This document shows positions 13,230 to 25,398 of a stretch of 64,000 bases of DNA, in pieces. The stretch is from Malacoraja senta (lineage: Eukaryota), in assembly GCA_038087875.1 (NCBI GenBank), contig CM075996.1, positions 10,294,001 through 10,358,000 on the forward strand, written 5' to 3'. A program made the translations under genes and the position numbers. Each line of letters starts with the position of its first letter. The stretch's first letter is position 1. The notes below the pieces were generated by a model. The model saw only the letters and a program-made list of their open reading frames with translations. It was not told the origin of the DNA and did no database searches.

Positions 13230-13650
13230 TGATGGCTTCGGATAACTCCTTCATCGATCTGGTTCTCTTTCCAATATTCCAGCGTTCCCTGAGAAAAATA
13301 TTGCTCACCCAGTATGTTACTCGCTTGGTTGCATAATTCGTAGGTGAGGTACCCTAGCTCTTTCGCTGAGTGGTCTGCCCTCACTGAGGTGGTTACATGT
13401 AGTGCCACTAGGGAAGCATTCTGTTTCCACAACCCTTCCCCCACTTGCACTATCACGGCAGTGCCGGGTTTGCCTGACACTGTTCCTATCAAGCAGACCC
13501 TAGTCGCTTCCCCTATCAGTGAACCAAAGTAATCTTCTATTTCAGGATTGCAACCCGTAGGATCATAAAATAAGGTCACATGTGGATCCAGTGTATTTCC
13601 AAAGACTGGTGCTGACAAAAGATCAATAGCCCACCATTGAGGTGTTGGGA
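13230..13650 (-). other. 2H phosphoesterase-like domain between protease and RT
   Basis: Two H-x-T motifs: PHVTLFY (His codon 13580-13582) and LHVTTSV (His codon 13397-13399), followed by HSAKELG; in frame with RT. Confidence 0.75.
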
Positions 13651-13654
13651 AGTG

Positions 13655-14052
13655 TGTGTGTGCATCATCTTCTGGGTCTGGAGGTGAATTCCCTCGTCAG
13701 TGCAGATAATTCCTGCTTTTAATCCTCTCAATAGGTCTCTGCCTGCAAGGTTGCAGCCAAGATATGGGGTAACGGAAAAGGGGAGAGTGCATTGTTCCTG
13801 TCCATAGGTTATAGTCGGAGGCTGAGTTAGGGGGTAACACTGTACTTTCCTGTCCAAACCTGATAACCGTGTTACATGGTCTGACATGGGAACTCCCAGA
13901 GATGCCGCAAGCTCCTGATTCAGGGTAGATGAGGTTGCTTCTGCATCAATCAAAAACGGAACTCTGGTGTCCCCCAGCATCATGTTTACTATGGGTTCTT
14001 TATCGGGGTTGGCGATTAGTGGGAATAGGTGTTGTACAGGGGAGTGGGTGGG
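13655..14052 (-). pseudogene. pro: ERV aspartic protease (active-site motif degenerate)
   Basis: PFLIDAEATSSTL in place of FLxDTGA; CNLAGRDLL; in frame with gag after the TGA at 14053-14055. Confidence 0.88.
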
Positions 14053-15795
14053 TCATTGGGAAAACGGGTTGTTGGTAGAATACGGAGCCTGACTTCCCCG
14101 TACATCCCCAGAGTCAGCTCAGGGACATTCCCTTTTCCAATGCCCTATTCCCCCACTAAAACAGCTTCCTCCAGCTCCTTCTCTCACCACGTGATCTTCC
14201 CTGCCCTGGGTGGTTTTGATTTTGTCTTCCCTGGAATTCTCCTCCCCATCGTGGTCTATCCCATTGTGGTCTGGGTGGAAAACCCCTTCCTCTACCAGGT
14301 GCATCCCGTTCCCAGGTCTCATAGCCAGAGCCTGATAGGATTCCTCAGCTGCTGGATCCCACATATAATATTCTGTTTTTATTCTAGGTGCACTGGTGGC
14401 AGCCGTGTTTCCGGCACCGTCAGCCCAAAAGGCAGCTACTGCACGTCTCATCTGGGTTATGTCGTTGTCTGACCAATTTAAGTCTGTTTTAATTATTGAC
14501 TGTACTTTAAGCGGGAGACAACTCATTAACATAGCATTAAAAGCTGGGGACCTATTGCCCGCATTGTATACAGAGTCTCCTGCATAGGTCCCATAGATAC
14601 TAGAGAAACGATCCAGATACGACTGGGTGTCTTCCTTTCGAGGCTTACAATCGAGGACCACCGACATATTAATTGGCTTCTTCAAACATTCAAATAGACT
14701 GGTCATCATAAAATCAACACAAACTGCCTCGTCTGCATGCCCTTGCATGGCTTTTAGTGCCTGCCACGTCTGATGTTTCATAACATCCTTCCACTTCTGT
14801 TGTTCGGCCGTTGACAGAAGTGACATGGTCATGGACCAAATATCACGGTCCGTAGCCTGATAATATTCTACCGTACTGCGGAGGTATTCTACAAATTCCT
14901 GCGGGATCTTATGGCAGTCTGGGGCTTTATCCCGTATCATACATTGCTCATGTGGTTTCCACGGTGCGTATATTTGCATGGTATCATTCTGATTGTCCTC
15001 TCCTGCCCTAGGGTTTGGCACCGCTCTCATAGGGAGGTTCTGTGCAGTCCTTCTATGGTGTGTTTTTACTCGCTCCCCAAATGATCCCACCGTGTTAATT
15101 GCTACATTTTGGACACTTTCCGTTAGCTCACTCATGTCTTCCTTTAGTATTTCACTGTAGCTTTGTAAGGTTGGAACTTCGGGGTACATGGATATTACTG
15201 GCGGAGCTGCCAAAGGTAAGGATGCCATTGCTACTGGCAGGACGTAGGGAGGGGGACGTCTCCCAGAATGATCTAATTCTTCATCTTCACTACCAAACAG
15301 GGTCGTTGTGCCAGACATGAAGTCTCCTCCAGAGGATTTACCAGTACTGGGTTTATTTTTACTAACCATCACCTGTTTCTCACCTCCCGCCTGTCTCTTA
15401 ATTATCTTCTCTTGTTCCTCCGCCCACTGGCATTCTAGTTGCAATACTTTCCATCCTTTCATAGTGCCATCCTTATTTCTTAACTCTATCCCTTTTTTAC
15501 ATGCAGTATCCATCCAACTTCGATCTCTACTCTCCTCATGCTTCTTCTCTGCTTCCCGCTTTCCATGCTTTAATTCCCTTCTTCCATTTCTTTCCTGCCT
15601 TCCTTTCCCATATCAACATCTCTGCTTTTTTAATTGTCTCTACATTCCATGTGCCCCCTACCGGCCAGGCTTCATCTCCTAACCGTTTGGCAACTTGTAA
15701 CTTAACATTCTAAATTTCTTATTATACTTAGGATTTAAATAACACATATGTTGGACGGGGGTTCCCCCTTCACTGTTATCCAGAGCATTCCCCAT
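14053..15795 (-). pseudogene. gag: ERV gag (two frameshifts in MA, a premature stop at 14119-14121)
   Basis: ATG at 15795 gives MGNALDN (possible myristoylation); MA WPVGGTW; PPPY late domain at 15244-15255; zinc knuckle CFS-GGIGHWKREC lacking one Cys codon; ends NNPFSQ*. Confidence 0.9.
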
Positions 15796-16593
15796 AGATA
15801 GATAGAGAGAAAGAGAAAGAGAGAGAAAAAGAGAAAGAGAGAAAGAGAGAGAGAAAGCAGACTTCTCAATTCTTTAAAAAAACAACGCCCCAAGTATTTC
15901 AACCAAGCAGACCCGCTAATCGATACCCCAGTTTCTCAACTTGGCAGACTCCTTATCCCTTAAAAAATAAATGTTCCAAGGATCTCAACTAAGCAGACCC
16001 GCTAATCGAGACCCCCAGTTTCTCAACTTGGCAAACTTCTTAACTCTTTAAAAAAAAACAGCGCCACTTATTTCTCACCCGACAACTGTTCGGATGTCTC
16101 AATAAGCCAGGCGCACACCTCGTCCCCTGTATCTCAACCCGTCAAACTACGGATGTCTCAACAAGGCCGACGAACCCTTTGTAGAGAGAGAGAGAAAAAG
16201 GGAAAACAAAGAGAGAGATAGACAGAAAGAGAGAAAGAGAGAAAGGAACAAAATAGAGATAGAAAAAGGGAGAGAAACCGCTCAATTCCTTCTTAAAGAT
16301 ATACACAAACCCTTCTTAAAAAATACATACACAATCCTTTCTTAAAATACATACACAATCCCGTCATAAAAAATACATACACAAAGCCCAACTGGTCTTA
16401 CCGTTGTTGTCTGTATTAAGTACCTCGGTGGGGAACCTGGATCAACCTCTGATGAAGGATCACAGACATTCCCGGGAGTATCTAGGGAGTCGGTCTTACA
16501 AGGCGGCCAATAGAGCTCAATTATCTCCCTTCCAATCCCGGCAACCTCTGCAACCTCTTGCACAGTCAGCTGTTGACGGGGTCCCAGTGAGGC

Positions 16594-16611
16594 CTGCCAA
16601 AAAAAACACCA
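16594..16611 (-). promoter_or_regulatory. Degenerate primer-binding site
   Basis: TGGTGTTTTTTTTGGCAG, one nt after the 5' LTR CA; starts with TGG. Confidence 0.55.
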
Positions 16612-16612
16612 A

Positions 16613-17480
16613 TGAAAAAGGTTACTTATTATACCAACTAAACAGGTTCGCTTCTTAATAAACAGACAACACACAAACGTTTGGTAGACCAGTTCAAAAC
16701 TTTACTTATTATCGGCCGATGGAAGGAAGCGAGGAATCTAGTGACGTGAGCAATGCAGACACTTCACTGTCCTCATCCACTTCTACGAACAACAGAATTA
16801 CATCGTATTATATAGTGTTTCTTTGTCACCTTAGCACATTCCACAAACATTAGTCATGGTCAGAGATACAGTGAACAATACTACAGGATGAGCCCGAGTG
16901 GTCTCGTCACATCAAAGGCATCTTGTCATATGGTACAAGGACATTTCATCTCAAAGGCCTCGACATTTGTTATTGCCCCTTAATGAATCTAGTTTCCTCT
17001 CTCATCACTTCCTCCCTCATAAACATCGGACATTTGGTACAAGGCATGTTACATATCAAATACTCAGCCATTTATCAAAATCCCTTGGATCAAACTAGTT
17101 CCCTCTCTCATCACCTCCTCCCTCATAAACATCGGACATTGGTACAAGGCATTTATATATCAAATATCTCAGCCATTTGTCAAAATCCCTTAGATCAAAC
17201 TAGTTCCCTCTCTTGTCACCTCCTCCCTCATAAACATCGGACATTGGTACAAGGCATTTTACATATCAAATAGATCAAACTAGCTTCTTCTCTGCTTCCT
17301 CTCTCATCACTTGGGAGACAAATGTTATAGTATTCATTATCTCAATACCCCGCAACCTGAGGCAACTTAACTTGCCTTTCTGTATTATTCTACTGGAGAA
17401 AAGACTAAATATAAGCTGTAAGCTAGCCCAGGAACCAATTTAATATCGTCTTATATTTTTAAATTAATTTAGCCTTATCA
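16613..17480 (-). repeat. ERV 5' LTR (868 bp)
   Basis: Direct repeat of 8054-8821 with a few substitutions/indels and an extra 105 bp (17318-17422); TATATAA at 16808-16814. Confidence 0.95.
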
Positions 17481-17705
17481 CACAGAGTTTGTACGTTCTC
17501 CCCGCGACCTGCGTGGATTGCTCCAGATGTCTCCCACAATTCCAAAGATTCCAAAGAAGTGCAGGTTTGTAGGTTAACTGGTTTCTGTAATTGTTCCCAC
17601 TGTGCAGGATAGAACTAGTGTACGGCGTTCGCAGGTTGGCGTGGACTCGTTGGGCCGAAGGGCCTGTTTCTTCACTGTACTGCATCTCTAAACTAAACTA
17701 AACTA
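17481..17705 (+). mobile_element. 3' part of the V-SINE split by the ERV
   Basis: caca-gagtttgtacgttctccccgcgacctgcgtgg...gggccgaagggcctgttt...ctaaactaaactaaa. Confidence 0.9.
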
Positions 17706-19030
17706 CCCACCCACAGGTCTTTGGGATGTATGAGTAGCTGGGGGAAGCCCATAACTGACGAAGGAATTAACATCAAACTGGGTCGCTGAAGCTGTAAGAC
17801 ATTTACACTTCAGGTAGACCAAAAAACCTGGAGTAACTCAGCGGGTCAGATGGCATCTTTGGGGAAAAGGAATAGGTGGCGTTTCGGGTCGAGACCCTTC
17901 TTCAGCTGAACTGCTGAGACTCCAGCTTTTTGTGTCCATCTTCGGTGTAAACATGCATCTGCAGTTCCTTCCCACACAGATATCTACACTTGCTCCACTG
18001 CCATTGATTCACCTAAAATCCCTTCTTGGATTTTATGTGTTATTATTATTATTATTATTAGGACATAAGGTCATAAATGACAGGAGTAAAATTAGGCAAT
18101 TCAGTGCATCAAGTCCACTCCGCCATTCAATCACTGCTGTTCTATCTCTCAATCCTAACCCCTTTCTTCTGTCTTCTCCCATAACCTCAGACTCCTGTAC
18201 TAATCAAGAAATGTATTATTATTATTGTTGTTGTGTTATTATTAATTAATATTGTAATAAACCAGCATATAAATATAGAACTGATCAATTCATGTGATGT
18301 TGTCAGACACAATGTTATCACCATGGGTGGAAATCCCAGGGGGGGGGGGGCAGGGGACATGTCTCCCCCATGTTTTGAGAGGTGGGGGACAATCCCACCC
18401 CATGTTTTGTAATCAGATTTTTAAATTCGATGAAGCAAAAATCTATTAAAAATCTCCGCTTTCCGCGAGACAGTAGGGTGGGACTGATGATCGAGGGTGC
18501 CGATTGACGAGAGAGACGTCGGTCAGCAGACAGTGCGGGGGGGGGGGGGGACATGATGATTCAGCGCGAAGATTGAAGGAAGGAGGTGTCAGTCAGAGGC
18601 GGAAGTAGGGGGGTGGGGACTGAGGATAGAGTGTGGTGATTGGAGGAGGGAGACGTCCTGGTGGAGCAAAGATCATAGATCGGAGCTTGAATCGGCCCGT
18701 TCGCGGGGCCTTTCATCGCCTGGCCCGGCGCGGCTTAAAATCGACTGCGGGATCCTCCACCACCCTGCGGTCAAATTGCTGCGTCGAGGCGATTGAGGCT
18801 CCAGATTTGAAGCCCCTGCCGGGCGATGGAAGATCCGGGCCGGTTATAAGCATTGCTGGGTGATGAAAAGCCCGGCGAACGGGCCGATAAAAGCCCCACG
18901 ATTCGGGGCGGAGGAAGCTGCTGTTGCTGGAGTTCGGAGTCGTTCACCAACCAGGTCAGCTCTCGATGTTACTGTCCACAAGGCCCACGGCCGAAGCCTC
19001 TGAAGTCTCGCGTGTGTGTTTGCGCGTGCT

Positions 19031-22000
19031 CCAATAGACAATAGATAATAGGTTGCAGGAGTAGGCCATTTGACCCTTCAAGCCAGCACCGCCATTAAAT
19101 GTGATCATGGCTGATCTTCCCAAATCAGTACCTGCCTTCTCCCCATATCCCCTGACTCCACTATCTTTAAGAGCCCTATATAGTTATCTCTTGAAAGTAT
19201 CCAGAGAACTGGCTTCCACCGCCCTCTGAGGCAGAGAATTCTTACAACTCTCTGTGAGAAAAAGTGTTTCCTCGTCTCCGTTCTAAACGGCTTACACCTT
19301 ATTCTTAAACTGTGGCCCCTGTTTCTGGACTCCCCGAACATCGGCAACACGTTTCCTGCCTCTAGCGTGTCCAAGCCCTTCACAATCTTATCGTTTCAAT
19401 AGGATTCCCTCTCATCCTTCTAAACTCCAGAGTGTACAAGCCCAGCCGCTCCATTCTCTCAGCATATGACAATCCCAGCCATCCCGGGAATTAACCTTGT
19501 GAACCTACGCTGCACTCCCTCAATAGCAAGAATGTCCTTCCTCAAATTAGGGGGCCAAAACTGCACACAATACTCCAGGTGTGGTCTCACTAGGACTCTG
19601 TACAACTGCAGAAGGACCTCTTTGCTCCTATACTCGACTCCTCGTTATAAAGGCCAACATGCCATTCTCTTTCTTCACTGCCTGCTGTACCATCATGCTT
19701 ACTTTCATAGACTGATGAACAAGGACCCCCCAGATCCCGTTGTACTTCCCCTTTTCCCAACTTGACGCCATTTAGATAGTAATCTGCCTTCCTGGTTTTC
19801 ATACCAAGTGGATAACATCACATTTATCCACATTAAACTTCATCTGCCATGCATCTGCCCATTCCCCCAACCTGTCCAAGTCACCCTGCATTATCATAGC
19901 ATCCTCCTCACAGTTACACTGCCACCCAGCTTTGTGTCATCTGCAAATTTGTTAATGTTACTTTGAATCCCTTCATTCAAATCATTGATGTATATTGTAA
20001 ATAGCTGCGGTCCCAGCACCGAGCCTTGTGGTACCCCCCTAGTCACTGCCTGCCATTCCGTTAATCCCTACTCTTGTTTCCTGTCTGCCAACCAATTTTC
20101 TATCCATGTCAGCACTCTACCCCCAATACCATGTGCCCTATTTTTGCCCACTAATCTCTTATGTGGGACCTATTCAAATGCTTTCTGAAAGTCCAGGTAC
20201 ACTACATCCACTGACTCTCCCTTGTCCATTTTCTTAGTTACATCCTCAAAAAAATCCAGAAGATTAGTCAAGCATGATTCCCCTTCGTAAATCCATGCTG
20301 ACTCGGACTGATCCTTTTAATGCTATCCAAATGTGCGGCTATTTCATCTTTATAATTGACTCCAGCATCTTCCCCACCACCGATGTCAGGCTAACTGGTC
20401 TATCATTCCCCGTTTTCTCTCTCCGCCTTTCTTAAAAAGTGGGATAACATTAGCTGCCCTCCAATCCACAGGAACTGATCCTGAGTCTATAGAACATTGG
20501 AAAATTATCACCAATGCATCCACGATTTCTAGAGCCACTTCCTTAAGTACCCTGGGATGCAGACCATCAGGCCCTGGGGATTTATCAGCCTTCAGTCCCA
20601 CCAGTCTACCCAACACCATTTCCTGCTAATGTGAATTTCCTTCCGTTTCTCTGTCACCCCAGATTCTGGCCACTACTATATCAGGAAGATTGTTTGTGTC
20701 CTCCTTAGTGAAGACAGATCCAAAGTACCTGTTCAACTCATCTGCCATTTCTTGTTCCCCATAATAAATTCACCTTTTTCGGTCTTGAAGGGACGTAACA
20801 AATGTTTTCCTCTTCACATACCTAAAGAACCTTTTACTATCCTGCTTTATATTCTTGGCTCGCTTACCATCGTACGTCAACTTTTCTCCCGTATTGTCTT
20901 TTTAGTTATCTTCTGTTGTTCTTTAAACATTACCCAATCCTCTTGCTTCCCGCTCATCTTTGCTACGTTGTACTTCTTCTCTTTTATTTTTATACTGTCC
21001 CTGACGTCCCTTGTCAGCCACGGTCGCCCCTTACTCCCCTTGGAATCTTTCTTCCTCCTAGGAATGAACTGATCCTGCACCTTCTGTATTATTCCTAGAA
21101 ACACCTGCCATTGTTGTTCCACTGTCATCCCTGCTAGGGTATCTTTCCAGTCAACTTTGGGCAGCTCCTCCTCATGGCCCCATAGTCCCCTTTAATCAAC
21201 TGCAACACTGACACCTCCGATCTACCGTTCTCCCTCTCCAATTGTAGATTAAACCTGACCATATTATGGTCACTACCTCCTAATGGCTCATTAACCTCAA
21301 GTTCCTTTATCAAATCCAGTTCATTACATAACACTAAATCCAGAATTGCCTTCTCCCTGGTAGGCTCCAATACAAGCTGCTCTAAGAATCCATCACGAAG
21401 GAACTCTACAAAGTCCCTTTCTTGGGGTTCCAGTACCAACCTGATTTTCCCAGTCTACCTGCATGTTGAAATCACCATAACAACCACAGCATTACCTTTG
21501 CTACATGCCAATTTTAACTCCTGATTCAACTTGCACCCTAGGTCCAGGCTACTGTTTGGGGGCCTATAGATCAATCCCACTAGGGTCTTTTTACCCTTAC
21601 AATTCCCTAGTTCTATCCATACTGACTCCACATCTCCTGTTTCAATATCACCCCTTGCAAGGGACTGAATTTAATTCCTCACCTACAGGGCAACCCCACC
21701 CCCTCTGCCCACCAGTCTGTCTTTTTGATAGGATGTATACCCTTGAATATTCAGTTCTCAGCCCTGGCCCTCTTGGAGCCATGTCTCTGTAATTCCCACA
21801 ACATCATACTTGCCAATTCTAACTGAGCCTCAAGCTCGTCCACTTTATTTCTTATACTTCGCTCATTCATACACAACACTTTGACCTCGGTATTCACCTC
21901 CCCTCTCGCACCACCCGCAATTAGCCGTGACCTTACTCTGTTATCCCTTCTCGATCTTTCCTTCCCATTAATTCGAGAATCTTCTGTAACTTTTCCTGTA

Positions 22001-22214
22001 CTCAGTTCCCCTTCAACTCCATCTTTATACTCCCAATTTGTCAATCCCTCCCCCCACTATTTAGTTTAAACCCACACGTGTAGCCCTAGCAAACCTGCTT
22101 GCCAGAATGTCGGTCCCCCTCCAGTTAAGGTGTAACCCGTCCCTTTTGTACAGGTCATCCCTACCTCAGAAGAGATCCCAGTGGTCTATAAATCTAAATC
22201 CTTGCTCCCTGCAC
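19031..22214 (-). mobile_element. CR1 LINE, 5'-truncated: end of ORF1 esterase, decayed ORF2 endonuclease and RT, 3' tail
   Basis: ORF1 YKRDGLHLNW; EN LDLVLCNE...[26 protein letters not shown] motifs; (ctattgt)n tail at ~19031-19050. Confidence 0.92.
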
Positions 22215-24244
22215 ATTCAGACACTAGTTCTATGTTATCCCTCTTTCTCACCCACTCCCTGCACACCAGGGGTAATTTACAGAGGGCCAATTAACCTGCA
22301 AACCCGCACGTCTTTGGGATGTGGGAGGAAACTGGAGCACCGGAGGAAACCAAGTGGACGTGCTAACTCCACACAGACATCACCCGGGGTCAAGATTGAA
22401 CCCGGGTCTCTGGCGCTGTAAGTTCGGCACGGACTTGAAGGCCGAGATGGCCTGTTTCCGTGCTGTTATGGTTATATGGTTATATGGTTATAAGTTAGCA
22501 GCTCTACCTGTCATAGAGCCGCACAGCAGGGAAACCTGTGATGATAGACACAAAATGCTGGAGTAAGTCAGCGGGACAGGCAGCATCTCTGGACAGGAAT
22601 GGGTGATGTTTCGTGTCGAGACTCTTCTTCAGACTGAGAGTCAGGGGAGAGGGAGACGCAGGGATAAGGAAGGGTAAGGTGTGAAAACGAGACAACATAA
22701 GAGGTGAGGATCAAGGAAAATGTTGAAGAGATCATTGTTAGCTGGGAGAAGGTGACAACAAAGCAGATAAAATGTAAGCTGGGGGACAGTCAGACTGGTC
22801 GGAGAACTGGGAAGGGGGAGGGATGGAGGGGGAGGGAAAGCAAGGGTTACTTGAAGTTAGTGAAGTTCATATTCATAATGGAGGGGTGTAAGCTGCCCAA
22901 GCAAAATATGAGTGAAAACCCTCTGGTGCAGTTCAGTTTAGTTTATTGTCACATGTATCGAGGTACAGTGAAAAGCTTATCGATCTTGCTGACCAAGGTG
23001 CCCCAACTGAGCACTTTACTTTCTCAGCATCTTCCTGGTAGATTTAATGCATTCATTCTGTACCAGATGCCTGTTTATTCAACACCACCATCTGCATTAA
23101 TACCCTTCCAATTAACCATAATTCTACCCAGTGCATTGTGCATGGTTCTACCTCTTTGATGACCCTCGGACTATCCCTGATCGGACTTTGCTGGCTTTAC
23201 CTTGCACTAAATGTTATTCCCTTATCATTTATCTATGTACTGTAAATATAGAAACATCGAAAATAGGTGCAGGAGTAGCCATTCGGCCTTCGAGCCATTC
23301 AATATGATCATGGCTGAGCATCCAAAATCAGTTGCCTGTTCCTGCTTTCTCCTCAATATTCCTTGATTCCGTATTGAAATGGACCGATTGTAATCATGTA
23401 TTGCTTTGTGCTGACTGGTTAGCATGCAACAAAAGCTTTTCACTGTACCCTGATACACGTGAAAATAAATTAAAATTAATTCATTAATGGTTCATTGAAC
23501 GCGCTGCCAAGGGTAGTGGTGGAGGTAGATACCATAGTGTACTTTGAGCAGGGCTGGATTTAGATAAAGAGAGGCCCTAAGCTGTTCACTTGTGAGGCCC
23601 CTCCCAATCCCCCACCCCCACGGCTAGAGGAAGATGGTCCACCAGATTTACACCGATTTGCAGCTGAGTGTGGCCAATGAGATAAGGGGCTGGAAAGCTG
23701 TGCTTATTTATTTATTTATTTATTGCCAGTGCTAGTGTCGAGTTATTGACTTAAAACACTATTATTCTGAAATGGAGGGCAAGGAAAATTACTGAAGGGT
23801 TGTTTAGAGACTACAGTGCGTTGTGACAGCATATGTAAGAAAGGCCTATGACAGTGTCAAAAATATTATACACCTTGCTGGCTCTCACTTAATTTTTTTC
23901 TCTGTTGTCAGCCGGCAACCTTGGCAGCTTTTTAAGTTGCCAAATGACAGTTTAGGTGGTCATTTAAGAGGGCTTGCATGATGCGTGCAATAATGTGCTC
24001 AGACGAAGTGCATAGTTACCAGTCGGAATTATGCTCAATGAAGCATTCACATATTATTTCTGCTTCAAATAAAGTGACAAACTAAACATATTCACCAATC
24101 AAGACATGATATATACCACAATGACATGCAGCAAAATTATATAACAGTATCTCAACTATTTTTACACGTTGCAATGATGCAATTTCTATTATTTCTTCCA
24201 CTTCCAAACAAAAATGTGGTTGATTATTCAGCGTATGATCAACT

Positions 24245-25398
24245 TCAGTGAGACCAAGCGCAGGCTTGGCGATCGCTTCGCACAACAGCTCAACTCAGTT
24301 CGCAATAACCAACCTGATTTCCCGGTGGTTCAACACTTCAACTCCCCTCCATTCCGAATCCGACCTTTCTGTCCTGGGCCTCCTCCATGGCCAGAGTGAG
24401 GTCCACCACATATTGGAGGAGTTGCACCTCATATTTGCTTGGGTAGTTTACACCCCAGCGGTATGAACATTGGCCTCTAATTTCAGGTAGTCCTTGCTTT
24501 CTCCTCCTTCCCCTCCCATTCCCAGCTCTTCCACAGCCTACTGTCTCTGCCTCTTCTTTCTTTTCGTGTCCCTCCCCCAACATCAATCTGAAGAAGGGTC
24601 GCGACCCGAAACGTCGTCTATTCCTTCGCTCCATAGATGCTGCTTACCCGCTGATTTTCTCCAGCTTTTTTCTCTACCAATGGGAACCCACCACTGCCCA
24701 CATCTTCCCATCTCCTCCACTGTTGGCTTTCCGCAGAGACCGCTCCCTCCGTAACTCCCTGGTCAGTTCGTCCCTTCTCACCCAAACCACCCCTCTCCTG
24801 GCACTTTCCCTTGTAACCGCAGGAAATGCTACACTTGTCACTTAACCTCCCCCCTTGACTCCATTCAAGGACAAAAGCAGTTTTTCAGGTGCGGCAGAGG
24901 TTCACCTGCACCTCCTCCAACTCATCTATTGCATCCACTGCTCTAGGTGTCAGCTGCTCTACATCGGTGATACCAAGCATTGGCTTGTCGATCACTTCGC
25001 CCAACATCTCCGCTCGGTCCGCAATAACCAACCTGATCTCCCGGTGGCTCAGCACTTCAACTCCCCCTCCCATTCCAAATCCGACCTTTCTGTCCTGGGC
25101 CTCCTCCATGGCCAGAGTGAGACCACCGTAAATTGGAGGAGCAGCACCTCATATTTCGCTTGGGCAGTTTACACCCCAGCGGTATGAACATTGACTTCTT
25201 CAATTTCAGGTAATCCCTGCTTTCTCCTCCCTTCCCAGCTCTCCCTCTGCCCACTGTCTCCGCCTCTTCCTTTCTTCTTCCCGTCCTACCCCACCCTCAC
25301 ATTAGTCTGAAGAAGGGTCTCGGCCTGAAACGTCGCCTATTTCCTTCGCTCCATAGATGCTGCCTCACCCGCTGTGTTTCTCCAGCATTTTTGCCTAC
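24245..25398 (+). mobile_element. Penelope-like element with a partial tandem duplication (pseudo-LTR structure)
   Basis: The GIY-YIG C-terminus and 3' UTR occur twice (24245-24680 and 24970-25398); LIYCIHCSRCQLLYIGDTK. Confidence 0.85.

Larger units (their letters stand above)
8054..17480 (-). mobile_element. Full-length defective endogenous retrovirus (class I, gamma/epsilon-like), 9427 bp
   Basis: Paired LTRs with TG...CA termini; 4-bp TSD CACA at 8050-8053 and 17481-17484; PPT; gag-pro-pol-env order. Confidence 0.97.

Noticed and set aside
16342..16674. 110-aa ORF upstream of gag as a possible accessory gene (e.g. an epsilonretroviral cyclin)
   Set aside because: Starts within U5, spans the PBS and leader repeats, and has no recognisable motif
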